This document shows positions 1-12,900 of a stretch of DNA of 45,901 bases, in pieces; the stretch's first letter is position 1; each line of letters begins with the position of its first letter. The translations under genes were made by a program, and so were the position numbers. The notes under the pieces were generated by a model. The model saw only the letters and a list, made by a program, of their open reading frames with translations. It searched no databases and was not told where the DNA came from. This stretch comes from Octopus bimaculoides (Eukaryota), in the NCBI RefSeq assembly GCF_001194135.2, contig NC_068983.1:15345533-15391433 (forward strand), given 5' to 3'.

Positions 1-390
1 CAACAGGTTGTCCCGCAGAAATCTCCAATTGTCTTCCACGTTGTATGATGCTATATCCCCTTCTATTTCGTTAAATGCTTCAAGTAACTTGTCTCTAAGT
101 CTCTGTCCATTTGCAGGGTCTTTAAGCTTCCACACCCTTCTCCTCCAAGCCGGTCTAATTCTGGGCACCCATTTTGCCTTGATCCCAAAGTCGCTAACTA
201 CTAATCTATGTTGTGGGGTACATTCTTCGCCAGGGTAGGTTTTGGCATTTATAAGCCGCCCTCTTTCCCTATTTCTGGCGAGGATGTAGTCGATTTGGCT
301 TGAGTGTCTGCCGGAGCGGTAGGTGACTAGGTGACTGGCAGGTTTCCTGAAGTTGGTATTGCCAAGTAAAGCCTCTAGTGGAATCGCATG
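1..390 (-). mobile_element. RTE-clade LINE fragment, C-terminal part of the apurinic endonuclease domain (continues off the window edge)
   Basis: The minus-strand frame reads LLGNTNFRKPASHLVTYRSGRHSSQIDYILARNRERGRLINAKTYPGEECTPQHRLVVSDF...WKLKD. This is the NT..K...HLVTY.SG...SQIDYIL / QHRLVV signature of RTE APE domains. Confidence 0.88.
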
Positions 391-539
391 GCTTCAAGCC
401 TCACTATGTCTAAATCTGATTCTGTTAATAATATCAATAATCTGTAATAATAGAGATAGATTTAGAAAGCCAAACCACCTCTAGCTTTAACCTAATGACT
501 CTCAGAATCAAGTTTTACTTCTAACTTTCCTTGGATGGG

Positions 540-959
540 AAATTGAAATCGAACTAAATTCGACGACTGGCACCCATGCCAATGTCGTCTCCTTCATTGG
601 ACACGAAACTCGGCTTGCAAAGACCTGTTGGGGAAAGCGAAATCGTGATGGCACCTGTGCCCAGCGTCGTGTAAAGACATTCAAGCGAGATCGTTGCCAG
701 TGCCGCTGGACTGGCACTTGTGCAGGTGGCACGTAAAATACACCATTTTGAGCGTGGCCGTTGCCAGTACCGCCAGACTGGCCTTCGTGCCGGTGGCACG
801 TAAAAGCACCCACTACACTTTCGGAGTGGTTGGCGTTAGGAAGGGCATCCAGCTGTAGAAACTCTGCCAAATCAGATTGGAGCCTGGTGCAGCCATCTGG
901 TTCACCAGTCCTCAGTCAAATCGTCCAACCCATGCTAGCATGGAAAGCAGACGTTAAAC

Positions 960-990
<31 letters not shown>
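540..990 (+). mobile_element. RTE LINE 3' tail ending in (GAT)n
   Basis: Shared end TTAGGAAGGGCATCCAGCTGTAGAAAC...CCATGCTAGCATGGAAAGCGGACGTTAAAC(GAT)n; the same UTR follows RT coding sequence at 45510-45901. Confidence 0.85.
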
Positions 991-1442
991 GTATGGGTTC
1001 AAGTTATGGCTGTGTTGTTAAGAAGTTCTCTTTGCAATTATACAGTTTCAGATTCAATCCCATTCTGCATCGTTTTGGGCCGCCTATCATAGCCTTGGAT
1101 CAACCCAAATTGTGTAAATGAAATTAGATAGATGAAAGATATTGGAAAGATCTCTGGTAGACTTTAACACCACCACCATTTGACTCATATGTGACTTTGG
1201 CTGAGTCCACTCTCTTGCAAGCATTCAGAACTGGCTTTGTTCATTCTAAGGATAACTTCCTCTTACTGTCCTCAGAAGCCCTGAAAAGGAGCATGGCTGT
1301 TACTCTCCCTCCTATTATCTATCCATAAAATATACCAGCATCAGCTTCATCATCATCATTTCATGCCCATTATAGATCAAAAGGTATGTCTGTCATGAAG
1401 TAAACAAAATTCAGTTTATGAATTAAGATAATGATATTTATT

Positions 1443-1810
1443 GTGCCGGTGGCACGTAAAAGGCACCATTTGAGCGTGATAGTTTCCAGCTTAGCCTTAC
1501 TGGCACTTGTGCCGGTGGTATGCGAACAAAACATTGGACTGACTCCTGTGCAGGTGGCACCTAAAAAACACCATTTGAGCATGGCCGTTGCCACTACCGC
1601 CAGACTGGCCCTCATGCCAGTGGCACGTAAAAAGCACCCACTACACTCTCGGAGTGGTTGGCATTAAGAAGGGCATCCAGCTGTAGAAACTCTGCCAGAT
1701 CAGATTGGAGTCTGGCATAGCCATCTGGTTCACCAGTCCCCAGTCAAATCGTCCAACCCTTGCTAGCATGGAAAGCGGATGTTAAATAATGATGCGGATG
1801 ATGATGATGT
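1443..1810 (+). mobile_element. RTE LINE 3' tail
   Basis: Same terminal sequence and (GAT)n. Confidence 0.85.
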
Positions 1811-1847
1811 GAGGTTAACTGAGATAATATTATGATAACCATTTCAG

Positions 1848-1983
1848 GTAATGTTAACATTATTCAACACAAATGAAATTCGTGCCTGGGTGAGCCTAGA
1901 AGGATGCAGTCATTTCCCAAATCTTTACATGTTCAACAAAATTGATGGGAAAATTGAGCTTCATCATGAAATACTCAAAAATG
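1848..1983 (+). CDS. Kinase exon: alphaC helix to hinge (VMLTLFNTNEIRAW...EILKN)
   Basis: atttcag acceptor and G|gtaagt donor; open frame; phase 0 to 1. Confidence 0.8.
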
Positions 1984-4900
1984 GTAAGTTCCCTTCTAAT
2001 TTATTCAAAACAGTGTTAAACATGTTAATCATGGATGCAGGCACAGCTGAAGGGTTAGAAAGTTTACTCTGCAATCATGAAGCTTCAAGTTCAATCACAC
2101 AATGTGGTATCTGGGGCAAATATATTTTAATTGTTAAACTGGGTGATAAATTAAGTCTGCCACCCCAAAATAAGAACAGTCCCTCCTCAGGGCTTTCACA
2201 CAGTTTCTGTCTATCAAATTTCACTCACATGGTTTTGCTTCACCTAAGACTACAGTAGAGGTCATTTGCTCTAGAATGGTAGATTGGCAGAACCATCGGA
2301 GTGTCAACAAAAATGCCTTGCTGTATTTCTTTCAACCCTTTACATTCTGGATTCAAATTCCTCCAAAGTCAACTTTACGTTACATCAGGGTCAATAAAAT
2401 AAATTACCAATAGGAGCAGGTGTGTCTGCATGGTAAGAAGCTTGCTTCCCAACCACATGGTTTCGGGTTCAGTCCCACTGCACGGCACATGGAGCAAGTG
2501 CCTTAGGCCAATTAAAGCCTTGTGAGTGGATTTGGTAGAGAGAAACTGAAAGAAGCCCTTTTGAATACTCTTTTACTTTTTTACTTGTTTCAGTCATCTG
2601 ACTGTGGCCATGCTGGAGCACTGCCTTTAGTCGAGCAAATCGACCCCAGGACTTATTCTTTGTAAGCCTAGTACTTATTCTATCGGTCTCTTTTTGCCGA
2701 ACCGCTAAGTTACGGGGACGTAAACACACCAGCATCGGTTGTCAAGCGATGTTGTGGGGACAAACACACACATACATATATATACATATACATATATATA
2801 TGATGGGCTTCTTTCAGTTTCCGTCTACCAAATCCACTCACAAGGCTTTGGTTGGCCCGAGGCTATAGTAGAAGACACTTGCCCAAGGTGCCACGCAGTG
2901 GAACTGAACCCGGACCCATGTGGTTCATAAGCAAGTTACTTACCACACAGCCACTCTTTCTTTTTTATGTAGAAATGTCTTGTAACCATGATCACTAATC
3001 CACAATCGAACTGATTATTTTTGTCAATCCAGTTTATTGACTTTGAGGGAATTTCTTTACAGAGATTAATCAGCTATCAATACTTGATCGTTATATTTCA
3101 TCATGAATTCTATCAAAAATCAGTTACTGTACTCATTACTTTAGTGATGTTTTTTTGTTTATTATTTTAATTTTATTTATATATTTATTTATTTGGTGTG
3201 TTAAACATTTTAGAAATAATTTTTATGTCTTATATCCAGCTGTCACCCTCGCTGATGTAATAAATGATCGAATGGGAAAACTGAGAGAGTATCCAAGTCT
3301 TCTTCATTATTTTTCTCTGTATGTTCTCGAGGGATTATTGGAAGCCTCTTCTACTATGCATTCAAAAAACTGGCTGCATGATGATATACATGGTACGTTT
3401 TGTATCTGTTTTTCACATTTTAAAAATTACTTCACTGAAATATTGGTGTTATTTTCTAGTGTTGCATAAGACTACATAAATGATACACCTTTTAGTGTTT
3501 CTTTTTTTAAAAAAAAGTTATGTATCATACTGAAAAAATAATCTGATTAAGTCAATTCAGACATCATTTTATAAAAATCCCTCATGACAATCTAATGTGC
3601 CATTTTCTTAAAACTACTAAATTTTGATACTCTTTTACTTGTTTCAGTCATTTGACTGCAGCCATGCTGGAGCACCACTTTTAGTTGAGCAAATCAACTG
3701 CAGGACTTATTCTTTGGAAGCCTAGTACTTATTCTATCGGTCTCTTTTTGCCGAACCGCTAAGTTATGGGGACGTAAACACACCAGCATCGGTTGTCAAG
3801 CGATGGTGGGGAGACAAACACAGACACACAAACACACATATATATATATATGACGGGCTTCTTTCAGTTTCCGTCTACCAAATCCACTCACAAGGCTTTG
3901 GTCCGCCCGAGGCTATAGTAGAAGACACTTGCCGAATCAAATATGCACACTGATATTACCCATCTAGCGAAACATACTGGCTTCATTTCTTTCAAGTCTT
4001 CGCATATCCTCACTAGTCACAGCCTGTGTCTTACTGCCATGCAGAAATATGTATGTCACTGTATCATTGTACTGACCAGACTATTGGATGTCATTATACA
4101 TTGCTGGTCACAATGTGCTTCCTTACATTGTAGCTTTCACATGATTCCACCCCACTGGGTAGGCAGGCAGGCAGGCCTGTGGCATATATGTGACCAAGGT
4201 CACAACATTCCCCCTAAATTGGATGCCTGTCTGTTGCAAGGTAACTCGTTTTCAGCTGAATGAACTGGAATAACATGAAATTAAGTGTTTGGCTTAAGAA
4301 CTGCTTGGTCTGGGAATCAAAACCTTAATCATACAATAGTGGGTGCAACACCTTAATCACTAGGCTGCAGACCTTCACAATAATACTATGTAATCAATAA
4401 AAATGTTGTTTTTTTTTCATACAAATCCAAACTTCTTTTAGAATGTTGCACTTAAAGACTTCAAATGCCTAATGCCCTCTTTAGGTTGCAAGTTCACTAT
4501 CCCTGCACAAAAAGAAAACTAGTCAAGCCTCTGTTCCATAAACTAACAACATCATCATCCTCATTGTTTAACGTCTGCTTTCCATGCTAGCATGGGTTGG
4601 ACGATTTGACTGAGGACTGGTGAACCAGATGTCTGCACCAGGTTCCAATCTGATTTGGCAGAGTTTCTACAGCTGGATGCCCTTCCTAATGCCAACCACT
4701 CCGAGAGTGTAGTGGGTGCTTTTACGTGCCACCGGCATGAGGGCCAGTCAGGCGGTACTGGCAACAGCCACGCTCAAAATGGTGTTTTTTACGTACCACC
4801 TGCACAGGAGCCAGTCCAGTGGCACTAGCAACGACCTTGCTTGAATATTTTTTCATGTGCCACCAGCACAAATGCCAGTAAGGTGACGCTGGTAATGATC

Positions 4901-7900
4901 ATGGTCAAATGGTGCTATTTACCTGCCACTGGTACGGAAGCCAGACAGCTGCTCTGGCAATGATCACGCTCAGATGGTGCTCTTAGCGCTCCATTGGCAC
5001 ATGTGCCAGTCATCGAATTTGGTTCAATTACGATTTCGATTTCACATGCCCCAACAGGTCTTCGCAAGCTGAGTTTAGTGTCCAATGAAGGAGAGGTTGG
5101 TATGGGTGCCAGTCGTCGAATTTGGATCAATTTCATTTGCCTCAACAGGTCTTCACAAACAGAGTTTAGTGTCCAATGAAGGAAAGGTACGCATAAGTGG
5201 GCTGGCTACACCCTGGTGGGCTGGGTCTCCCAAATTATCTTATCCTTGAGCACTGCTTGACTCTCATGAAGTCTAATTATAAATCCCATTTATGTGCTAC
5301 TTCTACCATATTTGTGATATGCATTCCTGTTGATAGATACTAAAACCCTTTTGTCTTTTAATTGTCACTATACTTTGTCATCCTATAAAGAATTCTACAT
5401 CTCAAAATTTTCTCAATGCTCATTTAATTCAGAATACACAAAAACTTCTGACATTTACTTGTACTGTCTCCTCCTCCTCCAACCTTTTCTATCGTAACTG
5501 TACTGGACTCAGTTCCTCTGAACTAGCAAGTTGTATACCACCCTCATCCTTTCATCACTCCTCTTTTGTTTTACTGGCTAGGTCCCATACTAACCATGTC
5601 ACTCAGTCTTTCTTTCCCACGAACATTTTTTTGTAGATGTCAGCTTGCTGAAACTGAATATAAACTCCATTGATTTCATCAGACTTGGAGCAGCCTTCTC
5701 TTTCCAACTAAGCCATAAGACAATACCAGCTTGTTGCACAATGAGTTAGTGATTGCACACTAGTTAAATTCAAATATACTGGACTTAATGCCACTCATAG
5801 TCTGTCTTTCTCTTTAAACTTTGCACCAAGCTTTACTTTGCATGACTTTAATCCTTCTATACACTTGTATTTTACTCACTTCAAGCTTCATCTTAAATGC
5901 ACCAATCTTCCTCACTTTTCCCAGAATTCTGTTATGTTACTATCCCCAACAACATCCACATTGACACACATGATACCATTTGTCATCCTTCTTTAAAGCA
6001 AAATCGGGATGGCACCTGTGCCCGTGGCATGTGTAAGGACTTTCGAGCGAGATCGTTGCCAGTGCCCCTGGACTGGCTCTTGTGCGGGTGGCACATAAAA
6101 TACACCATTTGAGCGTGGCCGTTGCCAGTAATGTCTGACTGGCCTTCGTGCCGGTGGCGCGTAAAAGCACCCACTACACTCTTGGAGTGGTTGGCGTTAG
6201 GAAGAGCATCCAGCTGTAGAAACTCTGCCAAATCAGATTGGAGCCTGGTGTAGCCATCTGGTTCACCTGTCCTCAGTCAAATCGTCCAACCCATGCTAGC
6301 ATGGAAAGCGGACGTTAAACGATGATGATGATGAACCTTTCTGTCTTCAACCACGATTCATGTGCAACCTAACCACCTTGAGCCAATCTTGTCTGCTTCA
6401 ACAACAAAGAAAAGACAGTCTTTGTACACCTCGAGAAAACATCACATCTTTCCTGCAGTCATCAACTTCAACTCTATAAACAGAACAGAACATGAACAGC
6501 ATCGATTCCACCAGTCGAGGATGGGGATGCTGGCAAAGGCCAAAAGAATAATCATTTCTTCCTGACCTTGCCCCTAAGAATAAAAATGTAACTAATTTTT
6601 TTTAAATCCATTTTATTCTGTTGCAGAAGAAAATGTTATGTTACAGCCCCAACAAGACCCATCAGACTCTGTTCTAAGGTTGCGTATGATTGATTTTGGA
6701 CGAGTGAAAAGCTTAAAAGATGACCGTGTTGTCAATGACATTCAAGGAATTATCCGCATTTTTACATCAGTGTATGTAACAGAGAAATTCAATGATGTAT
6801 TTGATCTTCAGAAGAACTGGGAGACAAAACTAAATAAAGTAGGTATATTTGCATTTACTTTGCATTTACTTCAATCCCTTTTATTCTTTTACCGATTTCA
6901 GTCTGTGACCATGCTGGGACATTGCCCTCAGCAGTTTTTAATTGCTCATACTGACAGTAGTACTTATATCTGTCCAATTCTTATTTTACTGCTTTATATT
7001 TGTGAAATGGCAAAGTTACCTTTTGAAAGAGAAAATGCTGAATCATCGTCGTCGTTGGCACTCCGTCACTTACGACACCGAGGGTTCCAGTTGATCCGAT
7101 CAACGGAACAGCCTGCTCATGAAATTAACGTGCATGTGGCTGAGCACTCCACAGACACGTGTACCCTTAACATAGTTCTCGGGGATATTCAGCGTGACAC
7201 AGTGTGACAAGGCTGACCCTTTGAATTACAGGCACAACAGAAACAGGAAGTAAGAGTGAGAGAAAGTTGAGGTGAAAGAGTACAGCAGGGTTCGCCACAA
7301 ACCCCCTGTCGGAGCCTCGTGGAGCCTTAGGTGTTTTTGCTCAATAAACACTCACAATGCTCGGTCTGGGAATCGAAACCGTGATCCTATGACCACAAAT
7401 CCGCTGCCCTAATCACTGGGCCACTGCGCCTCCACCATGGTTCCATAGAGAGCTTCTTAACCTTGCAATTGTGCCTAAATAGATATTGAGAGATATTTGT
7501 CATTCTTTAAAATATGAGAATATTGTTTTTAAATAGATATAATCATCATTATAATCACCATTTAACACCCTTTTTTTTCCATGCTGATGTGGATTGGATG
7601 GTTTGATGTGAACCCGACAATCCAGAGGGCTGTGCCAAGCTCCAAGGTCTACTTTGGCATGCTTTCTACAGCTGGGTGCCCTTCTTAATACCAATCACTT
7701 CATTCTGTGTGCTTGTTTTCATGGCACCAGCATTTCCGAGGTCATCAAGTACCCACAAGACAAGACCTCAGCTGAGTGAGGTATAATATTGAAGGATATA
7801 AAAGCATGATAAAGGGACAGGAGCGGGTAATAAAATTATATTTTTAATATTCATCATCATCATCATCATCATCATCGTTTAACGTCCGCTTTCCATGCTA

Positions 7901-9914
7901 GCATGGGTTGGACGATTTGACTGAGGACTGGTGAAACCGGATGGCAACACCAGGCTCCAATCTAAATTTGGCAGAGTTTCTACAGCTGGATGCCCTTCCT
8001 AACGCCAACCACTCAGAGATGGAAATAAGGTAGCAAGCTGGCAGAATCGTTAGCACACCAGACAAAATAATGCTTAGTGGCATTTCATCTGTCTTTACAT
8101 TGAGTTCAAATTCTGCCATGGTCAGCTTTGCCCTTCATCCTTTCAGTGTCGATAAAATAAGTGCCAGTTTATCACTGGGGTTTATGTAATCAACCTAACC
8201 ACCTCCCCAGGACTTCCTGGCCTTGTGCCAAAATTTGAAACCAATATTACTTATGGAAATAAGGCAATAGAGCTCGCAGAATCATTAGCACACCAGACAA
8301 AATGCTTAATGGTGTTTCATCTCTTTACATCCTGAGTTCAAATTCCGCTAAGGTCAGCTTTACCTTTCATTCCTTTATGGTCGATAAAATAAGTGCCAGT
8401 TGAGCACTGGGGTTGCTGTAATCAACTCATCCAACCCCAGAATTACTAGCCTTGTGCCAAAATTTGAAACCAATATTATTAATGGAAATAAAAGACAGAG
8501 AAGTGGTAGAAATAGTAGAGAAACTGCTTTTTAATATTTAGTATCATTCTTTTATGTTCTGAGTTCAAATCTTTCATTCTACCAGAATTGGTAAAATATG
8601 AAATGGAATTCTTCCCTATCACTGCCTCCCCTAAAAAAAAAAATTATGATTTTGTGTTAATGCTAAAATCAGTAGAACCAATAGAATCTTTAGACACGAG
8701 AGACATTCATCATCATCGTTGTCGTTTAACGTCCGCTTTCCATGCTAGCATGGGTTGGATGATTGGACTGAGGACTGGTGGACCAGGAGGCGACACCAGG
8801 CTCCAATCTGATCTGGCAGAGTTTCTACAGCTGGATGCCCTTCCTAACACCAACCACTCCGAGTGTGTAGTGAGTGCTTTTACGTGCCACCGGCACGAGG
8901 GCCAGTCACACGGTACTGGCAATGGCCACGCTCAAAAAGGTGTTTTTTACATGCCACCTGCACAGGAGCCAGTCCAGCGGCACTGGCAAGCATACAACAC
9001 AAATCTTCAAGGTCCTTACCAATGTTCAACTTCACCATTACTGTGATTCTGTGGAAATACACATGCTCAACATACCAAAGACTGTTGCAAACTATTTTAT
9101 TTTTATACACACACACACATGTGTGCTCTCTCTCTATCTCTCTCACACACATACACACACACATATTCAACCTCATCATCACTGCGGTTGTTTCTGTGGG
9201 GAACACATATTCAACAGCAAAGACAGCATTACAAAAAAAAATTTTTTATGCTTTTTTCAATTCCTGATTTTTTTTGGGGTTTTTTTTTTCACACTATTAA
9301 TTTCTATTTGCTTATCTTTTAGCATTCTGATGATTTTAAATTAAGTTTTGAGTATAAGCAAGAATTATTGAGTCTTGTCAAACTAGTCCTGGATGTAAAA
9401 TTAACGAAAGATGAAGAAGATCTGAAAAAAACTGTTTCAGAAAAACTGAAAGACATCAGAGGTAAAAAAAATTTTTTTTATCTACATGTATAGTCATGTT
9501 GTTAAGAAATTTACTTTGAAGGCACCAGGTCCTGAGTTCAATATCATAGCAATGCACCCATTTTTTCGAGTTGTAATGCACCTGATCTTGCATTTAATAA
9601 ATGCACTATTATTATTATACACACACACGCAACAGACTTCTGCACATGTTCTGGTCAAGTCGAGGCTACAGTAGAATACACATGCCCAAAGTGCATTGCT
9701 ATGATATTGAAATGTGTATTGAACGATACAAATTAGATGATATTTTATTGAATGCAGAATTGCCATTAGAACAGCAGAAATACTAGGTAAATTACCCTTA
9801 CAAAGCAGAAAAAATTGTCAACAAACGGCTGGTTGTTGACAAATTATTCCACTTTGTAAGGGTAATTCATCCAGTGTTTCTGCGTTCAAAAAGATATCTA
9901 ATTTGTATTGTTCA

Positions 9915-9963
<49 letters not shown>

Positions 9964-12900
9964 CATCATCATCATCTGTTTTTCATGCTGTTATGGGTTT
10001 AACTGGAGCTAGTGTGCTGCACCAGGCTCCAGTCTATTTTAGTTTGGTTTCACAGCTAGATGCCCTTCCTAATGCCAACCACTACAGAGTGTACTGGGTG
10101 TCTTTAAATGTCACCAGTAAAGGTGCAATTTACATGTCACTAGCACAGGTGCCTTGTATGTGTTACTAGCACAGGTGCTTTTTACATGTCACTGGCATTG
10201 GCCTGTCAATGTCTGTCCTCCAGGCTGCCATGGGTTGAATAGTTTGACAGAATCCAACAAGCCAGAGGATGGTGTCAAGCTCCATTGTCTGCTTTGGTAT
10301 GGTTTCCACAACTGGATGCCCTTCCTAATGCCAGCCATTTTACAAAGTGTACTGGTGCTTTTTTGGGGCACCAGCTCTAATAGGGTCACCGAGTAACTTG
10401 CAAAACAAAGAAGACTCAACTGAGAGGGGTTGTAGTAGATGGGGAGGTGGCTTGGTGGGTTTATGCTAGGTGTTGAGAGGTTAAAGAGGTATGATAGATG
10501 AACAAGCACAGGTATCTTGCTGCAGAAGAGATATATGGCTGCTTCACATTATGTAAGAGCAGTTGTGAGTAACAAAGATATTGGTGACAATGTATCAGAG
10601 AATATGAGAAGGTGAGTATAAAAAGAGAATCCAAACCGAGTATCAGGAGGGATGGGTAAGTTCATAGGAGTATGTGAGGAGAATGATAGGTGGTTACAGA
10701 TAGGAGCAAAGAGTAACGTAGTGAACAATGTAGAAGGATAGAGGTGTGATCAATGGTGAATGTCATCAGTGTAGAGGAGAAGGCAAAAGAAAAGAACTCA
10801 AGAAGGAAGTGATAAGTGGCAGTACAGGATGGGGCTAGCTGATTAAATCAATCCTAGTTTTTAATCAGCTATTTCTATCTCCCACATTTGCAGTCTTTTA
10901 CTTGTTTCAGAAATTTGACATGGCCTTGTAGAGTTTAGTCAAACAATTCAGCCCCAGTACTTTTTTAAAATTTTTTTTATCGAGTCTGATACTTACTCTA
11001 TCTATCTCTTTTGTTGAACTGCTAAACAAACTGACAAGAGTTGTCAAGCAATGGTGGTGGGGGAGGGGGGACGACAGACAGAACACAAAGACACACCCAC
11101 ACATCATCATTGGTCAAACGGTCCAATCCATGTCAGCATGGATTGGACGATTTGACCAGAGCTGCACCAGGCTCTAGTTTAATTGGGCATAGTTTCTATG
11201 GCTGGATGCCCTTCCAAATGCCAACCACTTTACAGGGGGTGCTGGGTGCTTTTACGTGACACCACATGAGCACTTTTATACGGCACCAACACAGGGCTCT
11301 TACAGGCCAATCTCCTTCACCAGGGAGAGCAACCTTAACACTTCTGCTATGGAGTACAGGTCCTCTTGAGTGCAGAAAGACCCCAGGTATCTCCGTCTTT
11401 TGTCATATATTTATGACAGGCTTTTTTCAGTTTCCCCTTTACCAAAGCCACCCACAAGGCTTTAGTCAGCCTAGAGCCCAAGTTGTTGTACAGTGGAACT
11501 GAACGCAATGAACCCAAGACTTAACCTCTCAGCCATGCCTACACATATTTGAGAAATCAAAACATTATGCTTGTTAGTGCTTGACAAGACATCATTTCAT
11601 GGAAAGGAAAGACTTAGTCATCGTACAATAATATGAAAGCCATAATTATCAGTATGTTGTTGTTATTGAACTCCAGCTCTGTAGCTACTTAACCTTTTAA
11701 ATACACGAGTTGTTGATAAACAAACTGAACAAAGTATACCAAAAGACAAGTTATTTTGATTGTCATACTATTTTCAAACTTTACAATAATCCCTCGACTA
11801 TCGCTAGTGTCGCGTTCCAAAACCCCTTGCGATTCGTGAAAATCCGTGAAATAGAAACAGTACTGTACTGTATATTTTTTGTTTTTAGTTTTATAATTTG
11901 TATATATTTATTTTATCATAAATGCAAAACAACACCACAGAGAAATCAACGTAAGATTAAATAATAAACCGCAATAGGTGAACCACGATATGGTGAGAGA
12001 TAACTGTATAAAAATTCAATTCTAAAATGTTATGTTAGTTGCGTGACCTTTTTGTGACCTGAGTGACAAGATAAAACATCAATTAGCATAGCTAAGGTGT
12101 TAATCATCATCATCATCGTTTAAACGTCCGCTTTCCATGCTAGCATGGGTTGGACGATTTGACTGAGGACTGGTGAAACCGGATGGCAACACCNNNNNNN
12201 NNNNNNNNNNNNNNNNNNNNNNNNNNNNNNNNNNNNNNNNNNNNNNNNNNNNNNNNNNNNNNNNNNNNNNNNNNNNNNNNNNNNNNNNNNNNNNNNNNNN
12301 NNNNNNNNNNNNNNNNNNNNNNNNNNNNNNNNNNNNNNNNNNNNNNNNNNNNNNNNNNNNNNNNNNNNNNNNNNNNNNNNNNNNNNNNNNNNNNNNNNNN
12401 NNNNNNNNNNNNNNNNNNNNNNNNNNNNNNNNNNNNNNNNNNNNNNNNNNNNNNNNNNNNNNNNNNNNNNNNNNNNNNNNNNNNNNNNNNNNNNNNNNNN
12501 NNNNNNNNNNNCCAAAGGTCTCGGTCAGTAGTCATCGCCTCGGTGAGGCCCAATGTACGAAGGTCTTGCCTCACCACCTCAGCCCAGGTCTTCCTGGGCC
12601 TACCTCTTCCACAGGTTCCCTCAACTGTTAGGGTGTGGCACTTTTTCAGGCAGCTATCCTCATCCATTCTCACCACATGTCCATACCAGCGCAATCGTCT
12701 CTCTTGCACACCACAACTGATGCTTCTAATGTTCAGCTTTTCTCTCAAGATACTTACACTCTGACGGGTATTCACATTGACATTACACATCCAACGGAGC
12801 ATGAAACTCTGATATATTAAAGTGGTAAAATACAGGTTATATGGTCTTAAGTTAACAAGACACTACAGCCATTGTTTTGAGTTCAACACTACAGCACATA

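Noticed and set aside
600-830. Regularly spaced palindromic repeats resembling a CRISPR array
   Set aside because: The spacers are themselves repeated, the context is a eukaryotic LINE UTR and there are no cas genes.
508-964. Recurrent ORFs such as [20 protein letters not shown] and MPVPPDWPSCRWHVKAP
   Set aside because: They are chance translations of the multi-copy RTE 3'UTR, in different frames and lengths in each copy; not a gene family.
1339-1383. Candidate upstream kinase exon (HQLHHHHFMPIIDQK, cag...AAG|gtatgt, phase 0)
   Set aside because: It is phase-compatible and ends in Lys, but does not resemble a beta3 strand and overlaps a (CAT)n tract; unsupported without RNA data.
5260-5940. 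Pyrimidine-rich tract (and purine-rich 10430-10830) that might be old LINE sequence
   Set aside because: No translatable motif could be recovered with confidence.
12120-12764. Long ORFs spanning N-gaps (also 24459-25226, 30770-31128, 41585-41990)
   Set aside because: Artefacts of translating N runs.
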